Virus record (IMG/VR): IMGVR_UViG_3300009183_000092
Source: an uncultured virus (IMG/VR IMGVR_UViG_3300009183_000092)
Taxonomy: Duplodnaviria; Heunggongvirae; Uroviricota; Caudoviricetes
Length of the DNA: 20,000 nt
Reading direction: 5' to 3' (one strand)
Part shown: one piece after another, positions 9,183-17,409 of the stretch
Position numbering within the stretch: the stretch's first letter is position 1
How the letters are laid out: each line of letters opens with the position of its first letter
Translations under genes and position numbers: made by a program
The notes under the pieces: generated by a model
What the model saw: the letters and a program-made list of their open reading frames with translations, nothing else
What the model was told of the DNA's origin: nothing
The model's database searches: none

Positions 9183-9735
9183 AAATATATTAATAGCTTT
9201 ATTGGTAATTGTTTTAGGTTTTTTTGTTTTTAGTGATCCAAAATATGTTGGGGGTGGCAATACTACCACTATAGTTACCAAGATAGATACACTTTATAGA
9301 TTAGATACATTAAGAGAATATAAGAAAGGGGATGCAATCCCTTTTGCTGTTTTAGATACAATATACGAAATTGACGAAGTGCATGTTCATGATACCACTT
9401 ATATTGTCAATGATTACAATAAGGTTAAGGTATATTCAGATACTTTACGTATAAATACAGATAATTACGTATCTATTCAAGATACGATTTCACAAAATAA
9501 GATATTTGGAAGAGGTTATAATGCTCATTTTATTGAAAAAACCATAGTAGTTACCAATGATATATACCATAAGCCTAAGAAAGAGCTTTTTGTGGGGTTA
9601 ATTGGCGATTTAAGACGTTTTGATAATAAATTAGGCGTAGGGGTTGGATTGAATTATAAGAAGCAAAATGAGGCTTATACACTGAATTTTACTACCAATC
9701 AAATTAGTTTCGGATTATATAAAAAATTATTTTAA
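9169..9735 (+). CDS. Membrane-anchored exported protein of the lysis module (spanin-like candidate)
   Basis: N-terminal TM/signal, repeated DT[LIT] motifs, C-terminal amphipathic beta-strands ending in Phe. Confidence 0.55.
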   Translation: MINAKNILIALLVIVLGFFVFSDPKYVGGGNTTTIVTKIDTLYRLDTLREYKKGDAIPFAVLDTIYEIDEVHVHDTTYIVNDYNKVKVYSDTLRINTDNYVSIQDTISQNKIFGRGYNAHFIEKTIVVTNDIYHKPKKELFVGLIGDLRRFDNKLGVGVGLNYKKQNEAYTLNFTTNQISFGLYKKLF

Positions 9736-10041
9736 ATGGCAACAAGCAAAAAAACAAGCATAACTCCATCTTTATTACCAATGGATTTTAAAACATTTGC
9801 TAAAAATCCTGTAGTAGCTACTTTATTTATTGTGTTAGGTGCTATTGGGTATTTGTATATTGATGTTAAGAGTACATTTAAGGAACAAGCTGTATCGCAA
9901 GGATTTAGAATTGAGAAAATTGAAGGCAGATTAGATATTGTTCAAGATGCATTAAGAAGAAGTGATTCTGTTAAAGCAGTTACTAGTACTCAATTAAGTA
10001 CATTGAGAGAAATGGGTGCTATAAAATCAACTATAAAATAA
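9736..10041 (+). CDS. Single-TM coiled-coil protein (i-spanin/holin-like candidate)
   Basis: TM PVVATLFIVLGAIGYLYI followed by a heptad-like region. Confidence 0.5.
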   Translation: MATSKKTSITPSLLPMDFKTFAKNPVVATLFIVLGAIGYLYIDVKSTFKEQAVSQGFRIEKIEGRLDIVQDALRRSDSVKAVTSTQLSTLREMGAIKSTIK

Positions 10042-10379
10042 TGAAATATTTATTTGTTATATTGATTGTGGGTATGTATGGGTGTCAAAATATAACAGCT
10101 CAAGGTAAAGATAAAACTTTGGCGAAAGACGCAGATTTTGAAAATTTGATGAAACAAGTTAAAGAAAATGATCAATTGACTTTTAAAATAAGTGCTGACG
10201 CAACTGCTGAACAAAAGCAAATAGTAGAAGAAACAGTTAATAAAATAGTCGCATTGAAAGAAGAAAATAAAGACTTAAAAGAACAGTTAAATGAAACAAA
10301 AGCAAAACTTGATAATGCTAGTATTGATACTCTTATCCCATTCACTCTTAGCCCAATATCCAATAAAAAGGATTTTTAA
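10041..10379 (+). CDS. Lipoprotein with coiled coil (o-spanin candidate)
   Basis: MKYLFVILIVGMYG-C lipoprotein signal; coiled coil LKEENKDLKEQLNETKAKL. Confidence 0.55.
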   Translation: MKYLFVILIVGMYGCQNITAQGKDKTLAKDADFENLMKQVKENDQLTFKISADATAEQKQIVEETVNKIVALKEENKDLKEQLNETKAKLDNASIDTLIPFTLSPISNKKDF

Positions 10380-10680
10380 GGGTGATTCGGTAGTGATAAT
10401 GAAAGTATCTCAAGCTGACACAATTAATTTGCTTTATAAAAATTATAATGATACGATAAACGATTTAAAAAATTCAATAAAAATTAAAAAATTAGTAGTA
10501 GATAGTTTAAATAGTGAAATTTTAGATTTAAACATAAAAAAAGAAAATTATAAAACAAGATATGAAGAACGATTAAAAATGCCTACAAAATACCAATATC
10601 ATGATGACGGTTGGGACTTTGCACAAAAATTAGTATTGATTGGTATTATCGTTTTACAATTTTTTACAATAAAAAGATAA
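10291..10680 (+). CDS. Exported coiled-coil protein with C-terminal TM (start may be ATG 10315)
   Basis: Signal-like MLVLILLSHSLLAQ; C-terminal LVLIGIIVLQFF; overlaps the lipoprotein gene. Confidence 0.55.
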   Translation: MKQKQNLIMLVLILLSHSLLAQYPIKRIFKGDSVVIMKVSQADTINLLYKNYNDTINDLKNSIKIKKLVVDSLNSEILDLNIKKENYKTRYEERLKMPTKYQYHDDGWDFAQKLVLIGIIVLQFFTIKR

Positions 10681-10684
10681 AAAT

Positions 10685-10951
10685 ATGAAACAGTTTTTTT
10701 GTGACGAAACAGGTCAATTAAGTATGAAGCGTATATGCGGTTTGCTTTGTACGGTATCTTTATGTGTTACTATGTACCACAATAGTTTTAGTGAAGAGCA
10801 TACAGCTCCCAGTGCAATTCTAGTAGAATCAGTAGCTTTGTTGGCTTTTGGTTGCTTAGGTTTAACAGCAGTAGAAAAAATATTTAAAAATAAAAACAAT
10901 AACAATGAAAGATCAGAAAACTCTGGAGAGAATACAACTCCTACATCCTAA
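10685..10951 (+). CDS. Putative holin
   Basis: Two hydrophobic segments, SMKR motif, charged tail; directly upstream of and overlapping the endolysin. Confidence 0.6.
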   Translation: MKQFFCDETGQLSMKRICGLLCTVSLCVTMYHNSFSEEHTAPSAILVESVALLAFGCLGLTAVEKIFKNKNNNNERSENSGENTTPTS

Positions 10952-11411
10952 ATTAAGAGAAGAAGCATTAACAATGTATGATGAAATTGTTGCTGCCTTA
11001 ACTGGTACAGCAATTTGTCGTTTTTCTTATACTTTAAGAACTTTTGCAGAGCAAGATGCACTATATGCACAAGGTAGAACAAAGCCTGGGGCTATCGTAA
11101 CTAAGGCCAAAGGTGGTCAATCTTACCATAACTATGGTCTAGCTATTGATATCGTATTATTAGTAGATACTGATAAAAATGGCACATTTGAGACTGCAAG
11201 CTGGGATTTAAAAACAGACTTTGATGGTGATGGTAAAAGTGATTGGCAAGAGATTGTAGCTATCTTTAAAAGATATGGCTATGAGTGGGGCGGAGATTGG
11301 AAATTTAATGACGCTCCCCACTTCCAAAAAACACTTGGTAAATCAGTTGCAGAGTTGCAAGCATTATATAACGCAGGCAAAGTAGATAAAAATAACTTTG
11401 TCTTAATATAA
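10905..11411 (+). CDS. Endolysin, M15 family (L-Ala-D-Glu-type) peptidase
   Basis: RTFAEQDALYAQGRTKPG, SYHNYGLAIDI (SxHxxGxAxD), WGGDW..DAPHFQ. Confidence 0.92.
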   Translation: MKDQKTLERIQLLHPKLREEALTMYDEIVAALTGTAICRFSYTLRTFAEQDALYAQGRTKPGAIVTKAKGGQSYHNYGLAIDIVLLVDTDKNGTFETASWDLKTDFDGDGKSDWQEIVAIFKRYGYEWGGDWKFNDAPHFQKTLGKSVAELQALYNAGKVDKNNFVLI

Positions 11412-11415
11412 ATTT

Positions 11416-12423
11416 ATGCCATCAATTAATGGTAATTCAAAAATAGCAAGGGCATACAGGGCTAAATACCCCGATATGCCCACTTTGAAGTTAGCAAGAA
11501 TAATGTACAATGAAAACAATCTAACTTTCCCAAATTTAGAGGGGGCTAGAGGTACATTAAGGTACATAGAAGGTAAAAATGGAGAAGGTCAAAGAAAAAA
11601 AATTACCAAAAAAAATACTGAATTTTTAAAAGAAGAAGCTAGGCCATACAATCCATATAGTCTGCCTAAATCAGATGAAACTGCATTTGAGCCTTATGTA
11701 TTCAAAGGACATAAGAAAGTTTTAATTCTTTCTGATATTCATGTGCCATATCATAGCATAGATGCCATAACTGCGGCTATCCAATATGCAAAAAAATCAA
11801 AGCCTGATGCCCTTCTTTTAAACGGAGATACCATAGACTGCCACAGATTAAGTCGGTTTATAAAAGATCCAAAAAAGCGTAACTTTAAGCTAGAGTTAGA
11901 TACATTCAAAGAGTTATTTGATGTGTTTGAAAAGCAATTAAAGTGCAAAATCTATTTTAAAATAGGTAATCATGAAGAAAGATACGAGCATTTCCTTTAT
12001 GAGAAAGCCGGTGAATTGGTAGGCATAGAGGAGTTTGAGTTTGAAAACATCATCAAAGCTAGAGCCAGAGGTATAGAAATTATAGGAGATAAAAGGCCTA
12101 TGAAATTAAATAATCTGTGGGGAATTCATGGCCACGAATACGTAGGTGGTATTTCGGCTCCTGTTAACCCTGCTAGGGGGTTATTCTTAAAAGCTAAGGT
12201 AAGTACCTTCCAAGGCCATAACCACCAAACAAGTGAGCATACAGAGCCTACATTGACTGGGAAAATGGTTACCACGTGGTCTCTAGGTTGTTTAAGTGAA
12301 TTGCATCCAGCCTATATGCCACTAAACAAATGGAACCATGGTTTTGCAGAGGTAGATTTAGATTCTAACGGAGAAGATTTTGAATTCAACAATAAGCGTA
12401 TCTTTAAGGGCAAAATATTATAG
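11416..12423 (+). CDS. Calcineurin-like metallophosphoesterase
   Basis: SDIH, NGDTID, GNHE, HGH and GHNH motifs in order. Confidence 0.88.
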   Translation: MPSINGNSKIARAYRAKYPDMPTLKLARIMYNENNLTFPNLEGARGTLRYIEGKNGEGQRKKITKKNTEFLKEEARPYNPYSLPKSDETAFEPYVFKGHKKVLILSDIHVPYHSIDAITAAIQYAKKSKPDALLLNGDTIDCHRLSRFIKDPKKRNFKLELDTFKELFDVFEKQLKCKIYFKIGNHEERYEHFLYEKAGELVGIEEFEFENIIKARARGIEIIGDKRPMKLNNLWGIHGHEYVGGISAPVNPARGLFLKAKVSTFQGHNHQTSEHTEPTLTGKMVTTWSLGCLSELHPAYMPLNKWNHGFAEVDLDSNGEDFEFNNKRIFKGKIL

Positions 12424-12427
12424 TGCC

Positions 12428-12850
12428 ATGAAGCAGAAGTTATATAAGACTTATACTTATAAGATACCTACGTTTTACGTTACCATTAAAATAATGGTTG
12501 CGCCTAAAATGTCTGATATGCTTTCCGATAAGATATTTGAGTTAGATGATAACAAAGATAACTACGCAAAAACTGCTGCTGCTTTATGCCTAACATACAA
12601 GGATGACATATACCTTTGCTTGCCAAATGAAGGCAAATTTGCCACCGAATTCATGTTTCATGAGATAATCCATGCCAAGAACTTTATATACTCAAAAAGA
12701 GGCGTTAAATTAGATGTAGACAATGATGAGAATGAAGCATACCTTGTCCAATATATTTATAGCAAGTGCGAGGATGCTAAAAAGAAATTCGCTAAATTTA
12801 TATCAAATTCTCAAAAGCCTGCTGATGAAAGCGTACCGAGTGTATTTTAA
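12428..12850 (+). CDS. HExxH zincin-like phage protein
   Basis: FHEIIHA...ENEAYL; ATG 12428 preferred over TTG 12380. Confidence 0.6.
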   Translation: MKQKLYKTYTYKIPTFYVTIKIMVAPKMSDMLSDKIFELDDNKDNYAKTAAALCLTYKDDIYLCLPNEGKFATEFMFHEIIHAKNFIYSKRGVKLDVDNDENEAYLVQYIYSKCEDAKKKFAKFISNSQKPADESVPSVF

Positions 12851-12995
12851 AAAAAACGGCATAAACCTAACTAAATTGGTCTATGCCGAGTCTTTATTGG
12901 AGGTGCTTAATCAATTCAAAGGAATGGATGTCATAATGGTAAAAGAAATTGATTTATTACCAGATGGAGATATTGATATTATTTCTTTGAATTAA
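12825..12995 (+). CDS. Small hypothetical protein (MKAYRVYF...)
   Basis: Likely start at ATG 12825 within the listed 12723..12995 ORF; last gene of the plus-strand block. Confidence 0.5.
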   Translation: MKAYRVYFKKNGINLTKLVYAESLLEVLNQFKGMDVIMVKEIDLLPDGDIDIISLN

Positions 12996-13000
12996 ATATT

Positions 13001-13198
13001 CTAATTATTTTTTATTTTATTATAATTATTAAAATCAACAGCTAATTTTATAATATTTAAAAAATCTGGGCTCTCCTCTAATCCAATAGCAAGTAAAAAT
13101 CCTAAATCCTCCATTTCTCCATCAATTTCAATTTTAGATTCATTTTCAGTTAATTCCAAATAAATTTTTGCATTTTTTGGTTTGTAGTCATATTTCAT
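13001..13198 (-). CDS. Hypothetical protein
   Basis: ORF track; tight packing in the minus-strand operon. Confidence 0.65.
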   Translation of the reverse strand: MKYDYKPKNAKIYLELTENESKIEIDGEMEDLGFLLAIGLEESPDFLNIIKLAVDFNNYNKIKNN

Positions 13199-13208
13199 TT
13201 TTTTTAAT

Positions 13209-13400
13209 TTAATCTAGTTTAATAATTAATTCATAAATATCAATGCCATTTGGTTTTACTTCCGAGTTCCATATTGCTAACATTCTTTTTCTATGATAAA
13301 CACTATGAAACTTATATTCCCTAATTAGTTTACCGCTCTTGAATAATTGCATTGTCCCCTTTATTTTGCTTCCCCAGTCTTTCGGCCTCTTGTTCATCAT
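13209..13400 (-). CDS. Hypothetical protein
   Basis: ORF track; operon context. Confidence 0.6.
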   Translation of the reverse strand: MMNKRPKDWGSKIKGTMQLFKSGKLIREYKFHSVYHRKRMLAIWNSEVKPNGIDIYELIIKLD

Positions 13401-13512
13401 AAATTTTTTTTAATTCTTTATAATCTGCAATTAATTTATTGATCCTTTCTCTCAAGGTTTCGTTTTCCAATTTAAGGAGATAGTTTTGCCCCATTTCATA
13501 TTGGTTTCTCAT
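13330..13512 (-). CDS. Small coiled-coil protein
   Basis: LKLENETLRERINKL; TAATG coupling with the upstream gene. Confidence 0.6.
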   Translation of the reverse strand: MRNQYEMGQNYLLKLENETLRERINKLIADYKELKKIYDEQEAERLGKQNKGDNAIIQER

Positions 13513-13748
13513 TAGTTGTCGGTTTCTGTGTTTGACAATATAAACTTCCTATCGGGCAATGGGTTAGCAGCCCATTTATTATATAAATCGTACATTTCCT
13601 CGTATCTCTCTTGATTATACCATGCATTGTGGTATATTTCTGCTATTATCATTTGCCTTTCGTATGGGGTGAATTCTGCAAATGTTGTGAAAGTTTGTGG
13701 TTGTGTTGGTGTTCCCAATACTTGTTCGCTGATTGATTTGTTTCCCAT
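13512..13748 (-). CDS. Hypothetical protein
   Basis: ORF track; A-rich leader. Confidence 0.65.
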   Translation of the reverse strand: MGNKSISEQVLGTPTQPQTFTTFAEFTPYERQMIIAEIYHNAWYNQERYEEMYDLYNKWAANPLPDRKFILSNTETDN

Positions 13749-13765
13749 GTTTTTTTGTTTTGTGT

Positions 13766-13969
13766 TTAAAAATTTACATCTACTGTTAATACGTGTACTT
13801 TACCTACTCTATTATACTTTATTACTTCCGGCAATATCATGTTATTCTTTATACGATATTTTATAGCCTGCTGTGTTAATGAAGCATTAGGATTCTTTCT
13901 GTTTGACCTGAAATAATCAGGACTAATTTTTTCTGAATATTCCTTAACACTAATTTGTTTCGTTTTCAT
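13766..13969 (-). CDS. Small basic putative DNA-binding protein (HTH/excisionase-like)
   Basis: ISVKEYSE...LTQQAIKYRIKNN...RVGKVHVL resembles a winged HTH. Confidence 0.5.
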   Translation of the reverse strand: MKTKQISVKEYSEKISPDYFRSNRKNPNASLTQQAIKYRIKNNMILPEVIKYNRVGKVHVLTVDVNF

Positions 13970-14162
13970 TTTTTATTTCAATTGTTTTAATAGATTCTTT
14001 GAAAGTTTCTTGTTCATTGTTAGTAATAATAGTATGAAGATAATCTTCCACTTTTGCAAGGTCAGAGCTAGCAGAATTCATTATATATCTGCCATCCTTT
14101 TCAATGTAATAAAGTACATCACCGGTAAAAGACGTTTCTTTTACGATTTCAAATTTTGCCAT
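13950..14162 (-). CDS. Hypothetical protein (start MAKFEIV, ATG 14162)
   Basis: Start trimmed from the ORF track to avoid overlap; A-rich leader. Confidence 0.65.
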   Translation of the reverse strand: MAKFEIVKETSFTGDVLYYIEKDGRYIMNSASSDLAKVEDYLHTIITNNEQETFKESIKTIEIKNENETN

Positions 14163-14175
14163 GTTTTTTGGTTTT

Positions 14176-14418
14176 TTAGTTATTAAAATATTCATTAAAT
14201 ATTGATTCAAATACGCTTAGTTTATTTGACGATGCTGAATTTATCTCTTCGGTAAATTCTTCCCATTGGTCATCATCTAAGTATATATCCCATTTCTCGG
14301 CAAGGGATTGCCACATCACAATAAGATCTTCCATGTCCAAGTATGGAAAGTTATTGTCTTTAAACATTCGGTGCATTGTGTCGCAAAGCATTGCTTCTTT
14401 TGTTAGTTCTTTACCCAT
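14176..14418 (-). CDS. Acidic hypothetical protein
   Basis: ORF track. Confidence 0.65.
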   Translation of the reverse strand: MGKELTKEAMLCDTMHRMFKDNNFPYLDMEDLIVMWQSLAEKWDIYLDDDQWEEFTEEINSASSNKLSVFESIFNEYFNN

Positions 14419-14540
14419 TTTATTATTCTTTTAAGTTCAAAAAATATGTGTGCAGTGAGGTATAAAATAATAGCTAATGGCAAACCAATAATTAACAAAT
14501 GCAAAAATTGGAGCATAGTAATGATTGTTGATTTAATCAT
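14403..14540 (-). CDS. Small membrane protein (45 aa; not in ORF track)
   Basis: MIKSTIITMLQFLHLLIIGLPLAIILYLTAHIFFELKRIIKWVKN, directly downstream of a promoter. Confidence 0.6.
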   Translation of the reverse strand: MIKSTIITMLQFLHLLIIGLPLAIILYLTAHIFFELKRIIKWVKN

Positions 14541-14555
14541 GTGTGTCGGTTTTGG

Positions 14556-14586
14556 TAAAATTAGCATTTATTTTTATTACAGCAAA
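14556..14586 (-). promoter_or_regulatory. Bacteroidota-type promoter
   Basis: TTTG(14586-14583)-19 nt-TAATTTTA(14563-14556), one mismatch to TAnnTTTG. Confidence 0.5.
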
Positions 14587-14630
14587 ATAAATTAAATTAA
14601 TTAATTTGTTAGTTGGCGCGTTCTGTGATT

Positions 14631-14819
14631 TTAGATAGAGGACAGCGCTTCCCAATAATGGTTTTCTACTTCTATGTTAAGAGCCTCTTTTAAGCCTTTT
14701 ATTTTACGCTCTACCGGTATGATATTCTTTACCTTGCCATCAGTCAGTAGCTTGTTTAATGCCTTAATTTGGCTTTTTAATTTGTTGATTTTTTGAGATG
14801 GTGTTAATGGTTTTTTCAT
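14631..14819 (-). CDS. Basic coiled-coil hypothetical protein
   Basis: ORF track. Confidence 0.65.
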   Translation of the reverse strand: MKKPLTPSQKINKLKSQIKALNKLLTDGKVKNIIPVERKIKGLKEALNIEVENHYWEALSSI

Positions 14820-14850
14820 GGTTTTTTATTTTGTTTAATATATAAAATAT

Positions 14851-14894
14851 GTGCGTTGATATCGTATGCGCACCCCACGTTAACCCAACGATAT
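14851..14894 (-). ncRNA. Unnamed intergenic structured RNA (H-type pseudoknot candidate)
   Basis: AUAUCGU-UGGGUUAACGUGGG-GUGCG-CAU-ACGAUAU-CAA-CGCAC: interleaved 7-bp and 5-bp helices, GC-rich island in an AT-rich spacer. Confidence 0.45.
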
Positions 14895-14910
14895 ATAATT
14901 AGATAAAATA

Positions 14911-15195
14911 TTAAAAGTTGGATAGGTAGTCAACTGCGGTGTAACTAACAAGAATCTTTTGGTCATCATCCAAGGATGCCAATGGGATTGCTCGGCTCCA
15001 CGATTCGCAATAGTCATATACTTGCGCCATGTCAGAGGTTGTAGTGTATTGCACACCATCACTTCCATAATTACATGAGTCACAATAAGCCTCAGCTAAA
15101 TGTTTGCTAACGAATGCATCACATTTGAATGCCTCAGCGCCATCGCAATCGGTTCCATAACCAATCACGAAATAAATTCCAATAGCTTTAGTCAT
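14911..15195 (-). CDS. Hypothetical protein
   Basis: ORF track; ATG 13 nt after HHR1. Confidence 0.65.
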   Translation of the reverse strand: MTKAIGIYFVIGYGTDCDGAEAFKCDAFVSKHLAEAYCDSCNYGSDGVQYTTTSDMAQVYDYCESWSRAIPLASLDDDQKILVSYTAVDYLSNF

Positions 15196-15208
15196 AAGTT
15201 TTATTTTT

Positions 15209-15264
15209 GGTTAATACGAGCTATTTCTAGCTCGTTTCAAGGATTCACCTATCATCAGTTAACC
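15209..15264 (-). ncRNA. Type I hammerhead ribozyme HHR1
   Basis: GGUUAA-CUGAUGA-UAGG[UGAAU]CCUU-GAAA-CGAGCUA[GAAA]UAGCUCG-UA^UUAACC; GUA site, cut between 15215 and 15214; U.U at the base of stem II. Confidence 0.85.
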
Positions 15265-15452
15265 TATGCGATAATATCATCGTGTAGCGCCTCTAATTCA
15301 TTAATCCATCCATTGTACGATATGTCACGACCATCCTCTAGGACAACACATTCAAATGTGCTTTCTAGGTCATCGTTCCACCCATTGGTAATATTTTCTT
15401 GTATTTTAGCTAGGATTTGTTCTAGTCTGATTTTGATTTCTAAATTGGTCAT
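15264..15452 (-). CDS. Hypothetical protein
   Basis: ORF track; the TAG stop overlaps the first G of HHR1. Confidence 0.65.
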   Translation of the reverse strand: MTNLEIKIRLEQILAKIQENITNGWNDDLESTFECVVLEDGRDISYNGWINELEALHDDIIA

Positions 15453-15463
15453 GTTTTTTAATT

Positions 15464-15661
15464 TTAAATAAATCTAATAATAAGATTATTGTTATCAAAT
15501 ATGTTTATGTTAAACATTCGTTCAAATTTTCTTATATCAATGGAATCTCGTTTTTGCCGAATTGATTCCGATATGAATTCATCATCGTTACATGTTAAGC
15601 AACTAAAATTGTCATCCATTTTATCTACATCAATTGAATAGACTTTAATTTGTTCTATCAT
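15464..15661 (-). CDS. Hypothetical protein
   Basis: ORF track. Confidence 0.65.
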   Translation of the reverse strand: MIEQIKVYSIDVDKMDDNFSCLTCNDDEFISESIRQKRDSIDIRKFERMFNINIFDNNNLIIRFI

Positions 15662-15665
15662 AAAA

Positions 15666-15887
15666 TTATTTTAATTGGTTTCTTAATAAATAGGATTCTA
15701 TTTTGGCATGCATGATATCAAATTGTTCCTGCATGAATTCGGTGTATCTGCTACCACCATCGCCATCATCCTCCCAAATTGTTTCAGTTGTATACTCATA
15801 GGTTTGCTTAATAAATAAATCAGCTAGCTCGCAGGCTAATTCATTAATATAGAAAGTTCCTTTTGGTGTTGCGTTTAATGTTTCCAT
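15666..15887 (-). CDS. Hypothetical protein
   Basis: ORF track. Confidence 0.7.
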   Translation of the reverse strand: METLNATPKGTFYINELACELADLFIKQTYEYTTETIWEDDGDGGSRYTEFMQEQFDIMHAKIESYLLRNQLK

Positions 15888-15888
15888 T

Positions 15889-16272
15889 TTATTTAATTTT
15901 AAATTTTGTAAATTGTTTATCTAATTCAAATGCATTCATCCAAGGTAAACTGATAGAATCATCCACAAAATAATTTGTAGGATTACCTAGAATCTCGCAG
16001 TTCCCAATTTCATCAATTTGTTGGGTGCAATATTCTTTGACATCATCATTACCCCAAGTAAGCAAATATCCAATACCCCATATCTCGCAATATGGCTCAT
16101 GATTTGCACTTTCTTGATGGTAGTTGACATCTAAGTCAGTTCCATCCTTTAATTGAAAAGAATGCCAAAAATCACCGGTATCACCGGAGGTTAAATCAAA
16201 CATAAAAACTTGTCCTAGATAATGCAAAGTCAATACTTTGTTATCATAGTCAATAACGAATTTTTTTTCCAT
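15889..16272 (-). CDS. Hypothetical protein
   Basis: ORF track; ATG 14 nt after HHR2. Confidence 0.7.
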   Translation of the reverse strand: MEKKFVIDYDNKVLTLHYLGQVFMFDLTSGDTGDFWHSFQLKDGTDLDVNYHQESANHEPYCEIWGIGYLLTWGNDDVKEYCTQQIDEIGNCEILGNPTNYFVDDSISLPWMNAFELDKQFTKFKIK

Positions 16273-16286
16273 TTTAATTTTGTTTT

Positions 16287-16338
16287 GGTTAATACCGGAT
16301 TGCTCCGGTTTCGGAAATTTATTCCTCGTCAGTTAACC
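16287..16338 (-). ncRNA. Type I hammerhead ribozyme HHR2
   Basis: GGUUAA-CUGACGA-GGAA[UAAAU]UUCC-GAAA-CCGGA[GCAA]UCCGG-UA^UUAACC; cut between 16293 and 16292. Confidence 0.95.
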
Positions 16339-16340
16339 TT

Positions 16341-16604
16341 TTAAATTGTCAATTGCCTATCATTATAGAATGGCTTTAAATCCTCATAGAATGCCTCAAA
16401 TTTTTCTTTATCTACTATGTTGGTGCAATCCACTACAAATTTATCATAGTAGCTTAATTCGTCTCTAATTGCATCATGTAGATATTCAGTTTGTTTTTTA
16501 TCACATTCGTTAACTAACATCTTGAATAATTCATCTGCATCAAATTCCTCTAGGAGATTGCTAATCCATCGCTCTAATTTTTTAGAAGGTATTTTATTTT
16601 TCAT
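16341..16604 (-). CDS. Hypothetical protein
   Basis: ORF track; stop 2 nt before HHR2. Confidence 0.7.
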   Translation of the reverse strand: MKNKIPSKKLERWISNLLEEFDADELFKMLVNECDKKQTEYLHDAIRDELSYYDKFVVDCTNIVDKEKFEAFYEDLKPFYNDRQLTI

Positions 16605-16605
16605 T

Positions 16606-16716
16606 TTACTTATTTTTTTTGAATAATATCATGTAGCATATCTTAATACCAATGGCAATGAATATGCCAAATAATACTAAGTCAAAAATTGCAGTTGCGG
16701 TTTGTAGTGTGTTCAT
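16606..16716 (-). CDS. Small single-TM protein (36 aa; not in ORF track)
   Basis: MNTLQTATAIFDLVLFGIFIAIGIKICYMILFKKNK fills the gap between two genes. Confidence 0.6.
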   Translation of the reverse strand: MNTLQTATAIFDLVLFGIFIAIGIKICYMILFKKNK

Positions 16717-16726
16717 GTTGTTTAAT

Positions 16727-17143
16727 TTAAAATTTTATAAATTGATAATCGTATTCACCTTGATATGCTCCAATAAAAATTGAATCATCGCCTAAGTTTA
16801 TTTCGTCAATCTCTTCGGGGTCTGACAATGTAATTGCGCCACTAATGAGTTTATGAAATTCTTTTTTACTTATAATTGGATGTACTTCATTTACATTGCA
16901 AAATATCATTACACCATAAAGTTTTTCAGCATTGCGAATAAAAGTAAATGAGCCTTGGTCATCACCTTTATCATATGTAATACATCCAATACTTGATTCA
17001 ATATTTTCAGCATTGGTTTGAATGTCTACTAAAGATTCCAAATATTTTTGGGCCTCAGAATCACTAGTAAATTCTTTAATGTAAGCTAGATTATCACTTG
17101 AATAACCTTCTCCGTTCCATGTTTCAGTAATTACGTATTTCAT
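16727..17143 (-). CDS. Hypothetical protein
   Basis: ORF track. Confidence 0.7.
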   Translation of the reverse strand: MKYVITETWNGEGYSSDNLAYIKEFTSDSEAQKYLESLVDIQTNAENIESSIGCITYDKGDDQGSFTFIRNAEKLYGVMIFCNVNEVHPIISKKEFHKLISGAITLSDPEEIDEINLGDDSIFIGAYQGEYDYQFIKF

Positions 17144-17161
17144 GTTGTTTAATTTAATAGT

Positions 17162-17395
17162 TTAATAATTATCTAATTCAGTCAAAATTTCGCCATCAGA
17201 TGAGATAATGCCATTATCTATCAACTGAGATGCGAAACGGCCATAAAAGCCTTGTAATTGCCAACAATCACCGGTTTTGACGAGATATGCCCATGCGCCT
17301 ATTTTTTCTCTAGGTGTAGGCTCATCCTCGCAAAAACCCTCAATAATTGAACAAGCACGATAAGAGTCCATTGGTGTTAATGTTAATGTTTCCAT
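17162..17395 (-). CDS. Conserved small phage protein (WQLQGFYGR motif)
   Basis: LVKTGDCWQLQGFYGRFA; the ORF-track TTG start lies inside HHR3, so ATG 17395 is preferred. Confidence 0.75.
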   Translation of the reverse strand: METLTLTPMDSYRACSIIEGFCEDEPTPREKIGAWAYLVKTGDCWQLQGFYGRFASQLIDNGIISSDGEILTELDNY

Positions 17396-17409
17396 GTTTA
17401 TAATTTTTT

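Noticed and set aside
14613..14623. 11-bp inverted match TTGGCGCGTTC with GAACGCGCCAA at 18852-18862
   Set aside because: A single short match with one copy inside a coding region; most likely chance.
14851..14894. Assignment of the pseudoknot to HDV-like, pistol or hatchet ribozymes
   Set aside because: No P3/L3/P1.1 for HDV; CCACGUUAA and GUGGGG only superficially resemble pistol and hatchet segments and lack the partner helices.
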